From contig DASQLI010000153.1 of assembly GCA_035630075.1 (NCBI GenBank), forward strand, positions 2,242 through 66,241: DNA of 64,000 bases, read 5' to 3'. The translations under genes and the position numbers were made by a program. Positions 9,995 to 19,006 of this stretch are shown in pieces. The notes beneath the pieces are model-generated. The model was given only the letters and a program-made list of their open reading frames with translations. It did not search any database and had not been told where the DNA came from. The DNA comes from Microlunatus sp. (GTDB lineage: Bacteria; Actinomycetota; Actinomycetes; Propionibacteriales; Propionibacteriaceae). Numbering within the stretch: the stretch's first letter is position 1; every line of letters begins with the position of its first letter.

Positions 9995-11286
9995 TCACAC
10001 CCTCAGCCAGACCGCCTCGTCGACACCGAGGCTGCGGACGGACGGATCGCCGGAGGCCAGCAGGATCTCCGCGTCGGCCGGCAGCTCGTACGGATCGGGC
10101 CCGAAGTTCACGACGCAGCGGAAGCTCGGCTCACGATCGAAGGCCAGGACGCCGTCGGGTACGTCGGCGACCCAGCTGAGCGTGCCGTCGCCCAGGGCCG
10201 GGTTGCGTCGGCGCTCGGCCAGCACCGCTCGGTAGAGCGACAGGTGGCTGGCCGGATCACCCTCTTGTGCCTCAGCCGTCAGTGCGGCCCAGTGCTCGGG
10301 CTGCGGAAGCCACGGCGCATGGTCGGCAGACCCGAAGCCGTAGGGTGCCTCCGTCCCTGACCACGGGATCGGCACGCGGCAGCCGTCCCGCCCGCGGACC
10401 ACGTGCCCGGACCGCTCCCAGCTCGGGTCCTGCAGCAGCGCCTCCGGGATGTCCTCGACCTCCTCCAGACCCAGCTCGTCACCCTGGTAGACGTACGCCC
10501 CTCCGGGCAGCGCCATCTCCAGCAGCACAGCCGCCCGGGCACGGCGACGGCCCAGCGCCACGTCGGTCGCTGCCTCGGGCACCGAGCCGATCCCGGCGAA
10601 GGCCCCGAAGTCCATGCCGTCAGCGGTGAAGCGAGCCCCGGTGACCGGGCGGCCGTAGCGGGTCACCACCCGGGTGGTGTCGTGGTTGGCCAGCACCCAG
10701 GTGGGTGGCGCTCGTCGGCGACGGCCGGGTTCTCCCAGTTCCAGTCCGGCTGCTTCGGGTCGAACAGGTGCAGGTACCACTCGCCGGCGGTGCCGTCGGC
10801 GTTCGTCGTCCGCTCCCAGGCACCGCCACCGAAGATCGCCGGCCAGTTGTTCGGCGGCTCGTCGCCGTTCTCCCCCCGGCCGGCCCGGAACAGGTAGAGC
10901 GCGCGCTCGGGTGAGCCCGGACCGCCGGCGAGCGCCTGCTGGAACCACGGGTGCTCGTCGCTGCTGTGGTTCGGCACCAGGTCGATCAGAACCCGGAGCC
11001 CCAGATCGTGCGCCCTGGTGACGAACTCGTCGGCCTGCTCCAGGGTGCCGAACTCCGGCAAGATGCCGCGGTAGTCGCTGACGTCGTAGCCACCGTCGGC
11101 CAGCGGCGAGGGAAACCAGGGACTCACCCAGATGGCGTCGACACCGAGCGACGCGAGGTACTCGAGACGTCCGATCATCCCGAGCACGTCACCGGTGCCG
11201 TCGCCGTCGGCGTCGGCGAACGAGCGGGGATAGATCTGGCAGACGACGGCGCGACGCCACCACTGGGAGTTCTCGTCGAGAGGCAT
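9995..11286 (-). pseudogene. GH13 alpha-glucosidase with internal deletion and frameshift near 10710
   Basis: N-part QIYPRSFADADGDG...DLVPNHSS...QPDWNW is joined out of frame to the C-part TWVLANHD...YQGDELGL...RDGCRVPIPW; the central catalytic region is absent. Confidence 0.85.
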
Positions 11287-11304
11287 CCACCTAACCTAGG
11301 GCGA

Positions 11305-11925
11305 ATGAGCGTCCCCCGGCTCGTTCTCGCCTCCGCGTCCCCGGCTCGGCTGTCCACCCTGCAACGAGCGGGACTGGTGCCCGAGGTGGACATCTCCGGC
11401 GTCGACGAGGACACGATCCGGGCCGACACCGTCCAGGACCTGGTGGCGTCGCTGGCCCGGGCCAAGGCCGAAGCAGTGGCGACCCGACGCGCCGGCGGGG
11501 ACGACGTACCCGCGGACACCGTGATCATCGGCTGCGACTCGATGCTCGAGCTCGACGGCCTGGCCCTCGGCAAGCCGGTCGACGCCGCCGATGCGCGGCA
11601 TCGGTGGCGGTTCATGCGCGGCCGCAGCGGCGTCCTGCACACCGGCCACCATCTGGTCCGGGTCCCCGGCGGCGCCACCCGGACCGCCACCGCCTCAACG
11701 ACGGTCTTCTTCGCCGACCTCGACGACGCCGAGATCGAGGCGTACGTGGCCACCGGGGAGCCGTTGCTGGTGGCCGGGGCCTTCACCATCGACGGCCTCG
11801 GTGGTCCCTACGTGACCAGGATCGAGGGTGATCACCACAACGTGGTCGGGATCAGCCTGCCGCTGCTGCGCCTGCTGCTCGCCGATCTCGGGGTGAGCTG
11901 GACCTCGCTGCGTACGCCCGCCTGA
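11305..11925 (+). CDS. maf: Maf family nucleoside triphosphate pyrophosphatase
   Basis: LVLASASPAR, IGCDS, LGKP, GEPLLVAGAFTIDG, NVVGISL. Confidence 0.92.
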   Translation: MSVPRLVLASASPARLSTLQRAGLVPEVDISGVDEDTIRADTVQDLVASLARAKAEAVATRRAGGDDVPADTVIIGCDSMLELDGLALGKPVDAADARHRWRFMRGRSGVLHTGHHLVRVPGGATRTATASTTVFFADLDDAEIEAYVATGEPLLVAGAFTIDGLGGPYVTRIEGDHHNVVGISLPLLRLLLADLGVSWTSLRTPA

Positions 11926-11940
11926 GCCGACCCGCCTGAG

Positions 11941-12465
11941 TCAGACCGGCCGCAGCACGATCGCTGAGGTCCCGGCGGTTCCGGTGAAGCCGCCTCGCCA
12001 ACCGTTGCCCTCGAAGGTCATCGCGCCGCCCCCCGAGCTGCCGCGCGCGCCGATCGTGAAACCCTCGCCCGGCAGCGTCGCCCGCAGATACTCCTCCACC
12101 ACCTGCGGACTGGGTCGGGACAGCACCAGGGTCACCGCGTTCGGCTGGTCGACGCTGGTCGAGATGACTGCATCGCTCGGCACCGAGAACTCATCCAACG
12201 GGCCGTTCTCGAAGCCGAGCTGGCGCAGCGTACGGCCAGGCACGGTCGGGGTGTCGGTCGCTGCGGACGGTGATGCGGTCGACGAGCTCGGCGACGGCGA
12301 GCCGGACGTCGGACTCGACGCGCTGCTGGGCGGCGAGCTCGCCGGAGCAGCGGTCGGGCTCGGATCACTGGGGATCGGATCGCTGGGTGCCGCGCTGCAC
12401 CCGACCAGGCCGAGGATGGCTGCCGCGGCGACGGCGACCAGGGACGACCGACCACCTGCAACCAT
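11941..12465 (-). CDS. Putative lipoprotein with Ser/Pro-rich linker
   Basis: Lipobox-like LVGC after a hydrophobic stretch; S/P/T-rich linker; small C-terminal domain. Confidence 0.65.
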   Translation of the reverse strand: MVAGGRSSLVAVAAAAILGLVGCSAAPSDPIPSDPSPTAAPASSPPSSASSPTSGSPSPSSSTASPSAATDTPTVPGRTLRQLGFENGPLDEFSVPSDAVISTSVDQPNAVTLVLSRPSPQVVEEYLRATLPGEGFTIGARGSSGGGAMTFEGNGWRGGFTGTAGTSAIVLRPV

Positions 12466-12598
12466 GCCAGCCAACTTAGCCGGAGCAGCTGCTCGCTCGC
12501 CGCGCTCACCTCCGGCCGTACTGCAGCCGACCACCGGCCATCCCGCGCCGCCAGGCGCCGCAGCCGGTCTGCCGCGGCGGCGGATACCCTCTCAAACG

Positions 12599-13507
12599 AT
12601 GTCTGAGACCCTGGAGCGCCCGGTGAGCCGGCTGCCCGCGCCGCTGCGGGGGCTCCGCCCACGTCAGTGGGTGAAGAACTTCCTGGTCGTCCTGGCCCCG
12701 CTGGCCGCCGGACGGCTGTTCGAGCCGGCCGTGCTGCGCGGGGTCGCCCTGGCCTTCGTCACGTTCTGTCTGGTGAGCTCGGCGGTCTACCTGCTGAACG
12801 ACATCCGGGATGTCGAGGAGGATCGGCTCCACCCCCGGAAGCGTTTCCGGCCCATCGCGGCCGGCGAGCTGAGCGTGCCGGTGGCCGCGGTGATGGCGAT
12901 CGTGCTGGGCATCGGCGGTCTGGCCCTGGGGTTCTGGGTAGCACCGGCCCTGGGGATCACTCTGGCCGTCTACGTCGCCATCCAGATCCTCTACTCCACC
13001 GTCCTCAAGCACCTGCCGGTGATCGACCTGGCCGTCGTCTCCAGCGGCTTCCTGCTGCGCGCCATCGCCGGCGGCGTCGCGGTCGGCGTGGCCCTCAGCC
13101 AGTGGTTCCTGCTGGTCGCCGCGTTCGGCTCACTCTTCATGGTGGCCGGCAAGCGCTACTCCGAGCTGGTCTCGGTCGGCGCCGAAGCCGGGACTCGCAG
13201 GTCGTTGGACCACTACTCGCTGTCGTACCTGCGTTTCGTCTGGATCCTCGCCGCCGTGCTGGTGGTCACCTGCTACAGCCTGTGGGCCTTCGAGAACCGG
13301 CTGAACCCGCTGCTCGGCGTACCGTGGACGGCGATCTCCATCGCCCCGTTCACCCTGGGCATGCTGCAGTACGCACTCGAGGTGGACGCCGGTCAGGCAG
13401 GAGAGCCCGAGGACGTCGTGCTGCACGACCACGTACTGCAAGGATTGGGAGTGATCTGGTTGGCCACCATCTCGATCGCGGTGTTCGGCCTTGGGTTCCG
13501 AGCATGA
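12599..13507 (+). CDS. ubiA: Decaprenyl-phosphate phosphoribosyltransferase (UbiA family)
   Basis: RPRQWVKN, YLLNDIRDVEEDRLHPRKRFRPIAAG, GKRYSEL. Confidence 0.92.
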   Translation: MSETLERPVSRLPAPLRGLRPRQWVKNFLVVLAPLAAGRLFEPAVLRGVALAFVTFCLVSSAVYLLNDIRDVEEDRLHPRKRFRPIAAGELSVPVAAVMAIVLGIGGLALGFWVAPALGITLAVYVAIQILYSTVLKHLPVIDLAVVSSGFLLRAIAGGVAVGVALSQWFLLVAAFGSLFMVAGKRYSELVSVGAEAGTRRSLDHYSLSYLRFVWILAAVLVVTCYSLWAFENRLNPLLGVPWTAISIAPFTLGMLQYALEVDAGQAGEPEDVVLHDHVLQGLGVIWLATISIAVFGLGFRA

Positions 13508-14937
13508 ACGAGCTGGACTTCCCGCACGAGGAGACCCGGATCGTGCCCTCCCCCGCCTACGAGACCCAGCTGCCGGTGCCGGACGAGCTGGTGGAGCTGC
13601 ACGGCTGGGGGCGGACCGCCACCACCCGGTCCCGGCTCGCTCAGATCGACAGCGTCGCCGACGCGGTCTCCGCGCTCCGCACTGCCGGCGGCCGCGGCGT
13701 GGTGCCCCGCGGGCTCGGTCGCTCGTACGGCGACGCAGCCCAGAATGCCGGCGGGACGACGCTGGACCTGACCCGCCTCGACAAGATCCTGCACGTCGAC
13801 GCGGAGTCCGAGATCCCGACGGTGACGGTCCAGGCGGGGGTGAGCATCGACGCCCTGATGAAGGCGCTGCTGCCGTTCGGGCTGTGGGTGCCCGTCCTGC
13901 CCGGCACCCGCCAGGTCACCATCGGCGGCGCGGTAGCCGCGGACGTGCACGGCAAGAACCACCACACCCAGGGCAGCTTCGGCAACCACGTACGGTCACT
14001 GGAACTGCTGACGGCCGATGGCGACGTCCACACGATCACCCCGAACGGCGATGATCGCGAGCTCTTCTGGGCCACTGTCGGCGGCATGGGCCTGACCGGT
14101 GTGATCCTGCAGGCCACGGTCGCTCTGCAACGCACGGAAACCGCCTACTTCACCGTCGACACGCAACGCTGCACGGACCTCGACGACCTGATGGCGAGCA
14201 TGACCGACGGTGACCAGAGCTACACCTACTCGGTCGCCTGGTTCGACGCCGTCACCCGGGGCAAGCACCTCGGCCGCGCCGTCCTCACTCGTGGCGACAA
14301 GGCCAAGATCAGCGACCTACCGACCAAGCTGCGCAGCGAGCCACTCAGGTTCGTGGCGCCGTCGTTCGGCACCATCCCGGAGGTCTTCCCGAACCGGATG
14401 GTCAACAAGCTGACGGCCAAGGCGTTCAGCGAGATGTGGTTCCGCAAAGCACCGAAGAACCGGGTCGGTGAGATCCAGAACATCACCACGTTCTTCCACC
14501 CGCTCGACATCGTGGCCGAGTGGAACCGGGTCTACGGACCGAACGGCTTCCTGCAGTACCAGTTCGCGGTCCCCTTCTCCGAGCACGAGACGTTCCGTCG
14601 CTGTGTCGAGCTGATCGTCACGTCCGGGCACCTGTCCTGCCTCAACGTGCTCAAGCGGTTCGGTCCCGGCAACGCCGCCCCGCTCTCCTTCCCGATGCCT
14701 GGCTGGACGCTCACCGTCGACCTGCCCATCGAGGACGGTCTGGACCGGCTCTGCAACACTCTCGACGAGCAGGTCGTGGCCGCCGGTGGTCGGTGCTACC
14801 TGGCCAAGGACTCCCGTCTCGGAGCCGGCACCTTCCGCCAGATGTACCCGCGACTCGACGACTTCCTGGCGGTTCGGAAGCGGGTCGATCCCGGCCACCT
14901 GTTCACCTCCGACCTCAGCCGCCGTCTCCACCTCTGA
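13504..14937 (+). CDS. dprE1: Decaprenylphosphoryl-beta-D-ribose oxidase (DprE1-like)
   Basis: RGLGRSYGDAAQN, PGTRQVTIGG, DVHGKNHH, GFLQYQF, YLAKDSR. Confidence 0.92.
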   Translation: MNELDFPHEETRIVPSPAYETQLPVPDELVELHGWGRTATTRSRLAQIDSVADAVSALRTAGGRGVVPRGLGRSYGDAAQNAGGTTLDLTRLDKILHVDAESEIPTVTVQAGVSIDALMKALLPFGLWVPVLPGTRQVTIGGAVAADVHGKNHHTQGSFGNHVRSLELLTADGDVHTITPNGDDRELFWATVGGMGLTGVILQATVALQRTETAYFTVDTQRCTDLDDLMASMTDGDQSYTYSVAWFDAVTRGKHLGRAVLTRGDKAKISDLPTKLRSEPLRFVAPSFGTIPEVFPNRMVNKLTAKAFSEMWFRKAPKNRVGEIQNITTFFHPLDIVAEWNRVYGPNGFLQYQFAVPFSEHETFRRCVELIVTSGHLSCLNVLKRFGPGNAAPLSFPMPGWTLTVDLPIEDGLDRLCNTLDEQVVAAGGRCYLAKDSRLGAGTFRQMYPRLDDFLAVRKRVDPGHLFTSDLSRRLHL

Positions 14938-14956
14938 ACCGTTCAGGAGCTCCATC

Positions 14957-15712
14957 GTGATCGATGCCGTCGGCAACCCCCAGTCCCTGCTGCTGCTCGG
15001 CGGCACGTCGGACATCGCGCTGGCCATCGCCCGCCGGTACGCCATCGGCCGACGGCTGCGGGTGGTGTTGGCCGCCCGCCCCACGCAGCGGCGCACGGAA
15101 GCCGCGGCGGAGCTGACGACGCTGGGCTGCGAGGTGAGCGAGGTCGATCTCGAGGCGCGGGCGCCGCAGACCCACGCCGCCACGATCGAAGCGGCCTTCG
15201 CCGGTGGGGACATCGACATCGCGGTGGTGGCCTTCGGTCTGCTCGGCGACGCGGAGCGGGCCTGGACCGATCCGGACACCGCCTTGGAGCTGATCGAGGT
15301 CAACTACACCGCGCCCGTGCACCTCGGCGTGCTGCTCGCCGGCCGACTGCGGTCACAAGGACACGGGCGGATCGTGGCGTTGTCGAGCGTCGCCGGGGAA
15401 CGGGTACGCCGGTCGAACTTCGTCTACGGGTCGACCAAGGCCGGTCTGGACGGCTTCTACCTCGGTCTCGGCGAGGCGCTCCGTGACAGCGGTGTCGGTG
15501 TCTTGGTGGTGCGGCCCGGCTTCGTCCGCTCCAAGATGACCGAGGGCCTGGACGAGGCGCCGCTGGCGGTGACCCCGGAAGACGTCGCGGAAGCGGTCGT
15601 CACGGGGGTCAAGGGACGCAAGGAGCTGATCTGGGTCCCAGCACCGATGCGAATGGTGATGTCGGGCCTGCGTCACGTGCCCCGGCCGATCTTCCGCAAG
15701 CTGCCGCTGTAG
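14957..15712 (+). CDS. dprE2: Decaprenylphospho-2-keto-erythropentose reductase (DprE2-like SDR)
   Basis: IDAVGNPQSLLLLGGTSDI, RVRRSNFVYGSTKAG, HVPRPIFRKLP. Confidence 0.92.
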   Translation: MIDAVGNPQSLLLLGGTSDIALAIARRYAIGRRLRVVLAARPTQRRTEAAAELTTLGCEVSEVDLEARAPQTHAATIEAAFAGGDIDIAVVAFGLLGDAERAWTDPDTALELIEVNYTAPVHLGVLLAGRLRSQGHGRIVALSSVAGERVRRSNFVYGSTKAGLDGFYLGLGEALRDSGVGVLVVRPGFVRSKMTEGLDEAPLAVTPEDVAEAVVTGVKGRKELIWVPAPMRMVMSGLRHVPRPIFRKLPL

Positions 15713-15734
15713 CGGTGTGTGTAAGGATCGCACC

Positions 15735-16019
15735 ATGGTTCTCGAGGTGGCGATCTTCGACGTGACGGATGCCGACGGCTTCGCTGCCGCGTACCTCGGC
15801 GCCCGAGAGCAGCTGCTCAGCAGCGACGGCTGTCGGTCCGTCCGGATGACTCGCGGCGTCGAGACGGCCAAGCGGTTCGTGCTGATGGTCGAGTGGGACT
15901 CCGTCGACGCGCACGAGAACAACTTCCGGGGCACTGAGCGCTTCAAGGCCTGGCGGTCGGCCATCGGGCCCTACTTCGCCGAGCCGCCGCGGGTGGAGCA
16001 CTTCACCGACGTCGACTAG
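15735..16019 (+). CDS. Antibiotic biosynthesis monooxygenase (ABM) family protein
   Basis: MVLEVA...RFVLMVEWDSVDAH...FR...W...PPRVEHF. Confidence 0.85.
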   Translation: MVLEVAIFDVTDADGFAAAYLGAREQLLSSDGCRSVRMTRGVETAKRFVLMVEWDSVDAHENNFRGTERFKAWRSAIGPYFAEPPRVEHFTDVD

Positions 16020-16037
16020 CGCTGGCGCTAGCGCGCC

Positions 16038-16592
16038 TCAGCCGAGCTCGAGCGAGGTGGCGGCGTCCTGCTGACCGGTGACATCCCACAGGTGGTGGAT
16101 GACGTCGTGCAGGAAGTACTGGCTGAGGCTGGCCACGGTGAACTCCGAGCCGTTCGAGCGGCGACCCCTCCGCTCCAGCTGCTCGGGTTGCAGCGAACGC
16201 AGTCGGTCGACGTAGGCGAGCGCGGCGGCCTCGAGCTGGTCGGCCACCACCTCGGGATCCTGCTCGGCGTAGCGCTCCGCCCTGGCGGTCTCGTCCTGGT
16301 CCCAGTTCTCGAAGGTGGGAACGTCCTCGGTGAGCATCAACGCCGTCCGAGCGTCGAACAGCCGGAACACGTCTCGGACGTGAGCGCCGTACTCCAGCGG
16401 TGACCAGGTCGTCGGCTCCGGCCGGGCATTGACGGCCGGACTGGATCGCAGGATGGCGACCCACTCCTCGGCAGCGACGAAGGCCCGCTCGGGCACCTCC
16501 TCGGGCGACACCTCGCCCGCCGCGAGACCGCACTGCTCACATCGTCGGGTGAGGGTCCAGGTCCAGTCCTTGCCGTCCGGCTCCGGTTCCAC
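16038..16592 (-). CDS. DinB family protein
   Basis: KDWTW...CEQCG, WSPLEYGAHVRD, FENWDQD, FLHDVIHH. Confidence 0.85.
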   Translation of the reverse strand: MEPEPDGKDWTWTLTRRCEQCGLAAGEVSPEEVPERAFVAAEEWVAILRSSPAVNARPEPTTWSPLEYGAHVRDVFRLFDARTALMLTEDVPTFENWDQDETARAERYAEQDPEVVADQLEAAALAYVDRLRSLQPEQLERRGRRSNGSEFTVASLSQYFLHDVIHHLWDVTGQQDAATSLELG

Positions 16593-16702
16593 GTCGTCAG
16601 GCTAGCGCGCCGGTGCCACTTCGAGCGACGCCGACGAGGCGCACGAAACCCATTCCTGGTTACCCCTTGCGCCACGCCGAGCACCAGGAGTAGAACTTCC
16701 CT

Positions 16703-16885
16703 ACGCATCTCGCAAGGGATGTGGATCGGACGCCAGGACGAGGATCATACGGAGGGGAAACCCACCGCGTCACACCTGACATGTGACGGAACCGCACGTC
16801 CCGACCGATCGGCCCGAGAAGGTCAGATCTCGAGCCACACCGTGGGGTCTCGGGAGACTCATACTCCCCCGAGACCCCACACCCT
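16703..16885 (+). ncRNA. Candidate structured small RNA
   Basis: Non-coding stretch with an upstream TTGCGC-18-TAGAAC promoter-like pair, GCAA and GAAA tetraloop hairpins, and a 13-bp terminal stem. Confidence 0.4.
16842..16880 (+). terminator. Strong hairpin (possible terminator)
   Basis: GTGGGGTCTCGGG...CCCGAGACCCCAC perfect 13-bp stem. Confidence 0.6.
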
Positions 16886-16908
16886 TGTCCGGCACTATGC
16901 TCCGCAGA

Positions 16909-18705
16909 GTGCCCATCACCAAGGTGCTCGTCGCCAACCGCGGGGAGATCGCGGTCCGGGTCATCAGGGCCGCAGCCGACGCCGGGCTCCGTAGTGTCGC
17001 CGTCTACGCCGAACCCGACGCCGACGCCCTGTTCGTTCGGCTCGCCGACGACGCCTATGCGCTCGGCGGCACGACCCCAGCCGACTCCTACCTGGACATC
17101 AGCAAGATCATCACCGTGGCCGGGAAGTCCGGTGCCGACGCAATCCATCCCGGGTACGGGTTCTTGGCAGAGAACGCCGAGTTCGCCCGGGCGGTGATCG
17201 ACACAGGGTTGACCTGGATCGGGCCACCACCGTCGGCCATCGAGGCGCTCGGCGACAAGGTGAGGGCTCGGCACATCGCCGAGAAGGTCGGTGCTCCGCT
17301 GGTGCCAGGCACCGCCGATCCCGTGGCCGGTGCTGACGAGGTGATCGCCTTCGCCGAGGAGCACGGGCTGCCGATCGCGATCAAGGCGGCGTACGGGGGC
17401 GGTGGCCGCGGCCTCAAGGTCGCCCGCAGCATGGACGAGGTCGCCGACCTGTTCGAGTCCGCCACGCGCGAGGCCGTCAGCGCCTTCGGCCGCGGTGAGT
17501 GCTTCGTCGAGCGCTACCTCGATCGCCCCAGGCACGTCGAGACGCAGTGTCTGGCCGACGCCCATGGCAACGTCGTCGTGGTCTCCACCCGCGACTGCTC
17601 GCTGCAGCGTCGGCACCAGAAGCTGGTCGAGGAGGCACCGGCTCCCTTCCTGTCCGAGCAGCAGATCGACCGCCTGTACACGGCGTCCAAGGCGATCCTG
17701 GCCGAAGCCGGCTACGTCGGCGCGGGGACGTGCGAGTTCCTGGTCGGCCAGGACGGCACCATCTCCTTCCTGGAGGTGAACACCCGCCTGCAGGTAGAGC
17801 ACCCGGTGTCAGAGGAGGTGACTGGTCTCGACCTCGTCCGGGAGATGTTCCGGATCGCCGCCGGGGAGCCGCTCGGCTTCGATGATCCTTCCGTGCAAGG
17901 CCATTCGATCGAGTTCCGGATCAATGCAGAGGATCCGGGCCGGGGATTCCTTCCCGCCCCGGGCACGCTGGCCGCATGGCGACCGCCGACAGGCCCAGGG
18001 GTGCGGGTCGACGACGGATACCTGGCGGGGATGACGGTGCCGGGCGCGTTCGACTCGTTGATCGCCAAGATCGTCGTCACCGGCTCCGACCGGAACACGG
18101 CCCTGGCCCGATCACGGAGGGCGCTGGCCGAGCTCGAGGTCGACGGGATGCCGACGGTCGTGCCCTTCCATCGGGCCGTGCTGAACGATCCGGCCTTCAC
18201 GGCGTCGGATGGCCACTTCGGAGTGCACACGCGGTGGATCGAGACCGAGTTCTCCGGCCAGATCGCACCGTACGCCGGCGAGTCCACCCCTGCTCCCGAA
18301 GCCGAGGAGAAGACCCGGGTCGTGGTCGAGGTCGACGGCAAGCGCCTGGAGGTCGTCGTCCCCGCCGGACTCGGCGGATCGAAGGCCGCCGGCGCGGGCC
18401 GGGCAGTGCAGCCGGGGAAGTCGGGGCGACCGGGCAATTCTGGGCGAGGCGGCAGCGGAGCCGCCCGGAGCGGTGACGGCCAGTCCGGCGAAGCTCTCAC
18501 CTCTCCCATGCAGGGCACCATCGTCAAGGTCGCCGTGGCTGCTGGGGATGAGGTCCGGGCCGGTGATCTGGTCGTCGTGCTGGAGGCCATGAAGATGGAG
18601 CAGCCGATCAACGCCCATCGAGCGGGCAAGGTCACCGACCTGGACGCGGAGGCCGGTGCCACCGTGACGAGCGGCTCGGTGCTGTGTCGGATCGTCGACA
18701 CCTGA
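16909..18705 (+). CDS. accA: Acetyl/propionyl-CoA carboxylase alpha subunit (biotin carboxylase + biotin carrier; AccA3/BccA type)
   Basis: [44 protein letters not shown], biotinyl EAMKME. Confidence 0.95.
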   Translation: MPITKVLVANRGEIAVRVIRAAADAGLRSVAVYAEPDADALFVRLADDAYALGGTTPADSYLDISKIITVAGKSGADAIHPGYGFLAENAEFARAVIDTGLTWIGPPPSAIEALGDKVRARHIAEKVGAPLVPGTADPVAGADEVIAFAEEHGLPIAIKAAYGGGGRGLKVARSMDEVADLFESATREAVSAFGRGECFVERYLDRPRHVETQCLADAHGNVVVVSTRDCSLQRRHQKLVEEAPAPFLSEQQIDRLYTASKAILAEAGYVGAGTCEFLVGQDGTISFLEVNTRLQVEHPVSEEVTGLDLVREMFRIAAGEPLGFDDPSVQGHSIEFRINAEDPGRGFLPAPGTLAAWRPPTGPGVRVDDGYLAGMTVPGAFDSLIAKIVVTGSDRNTALARSRRALAELEVDGMPTVVPFHRAVLNDPAFTASDGHFGVHTRWIETEFSGQIAPYAGESTPAPEAEEKTRVVVEVDGKRLEVVVPAGLGGSKAAGAGRAVQPGKSGRPGNSGRGGSGAARSGDGQSGEALTSPMQGTIVKVAVAAGDEVRAGDLVVVLEAMKMEQPINAHRAGKVTDLDAEAGATVTSGSVLCRIVDT

Positions 18706-18880
18706 CGGTGAGGGGGTCGGATCGTCGACACCTGACGGTGAGGGGGTCGGATCGTCGACACCTGACGGTGAGGGTCGGATCGTCGACACCTGACGGTGAG
18801 GGTCGGATCGTCGACACCTGACGGTGAGGGTCGCATCGACACCTGACTGCGAGGCCGGATCGTCGACACCAGAGGTGAGG
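18686..18880 (+). repeat. Tandem repeat (28-30 bp, about 7 units) derived from the accA 3' end
   Basis: GTCGGATCGTCGACACCTGACGGTGAGG(GG): 2x30 bp, 3x28 bp, 2 degenerate units; no spacers. Confidence 0.95.
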
Positions 18881-19006
18881 AAACCAAGATCAACAACGGA
18901 GAGCCGCCGATATGATGCCGTCCCAGATCGTCCACGGCCCCAAAAACTCTGTAAGAAAGGCGTGCGCGGACCGCTTGTCCAGATCTATCGGGAGAGACTG
19001 GAACCC

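Noticed and set aside
11918-11940. CCCGCCTGAG direct repeat as a target-site duplication
   Set aside because: Only a few bases separate the copies and no element lies between them; likely local slippage at the maf stop
16768-16788. CRP/GlxR site
   Set aside because: Half-sites are in the reverse order (TCACA-N7-TGTGA); better explained as an RNA stem
18686-18880. CRISPR array
   Set aside because: Units of 28-30 bp are head-to-tail with no unique spacers, derive from the accA 3' end, and no cas genes are present
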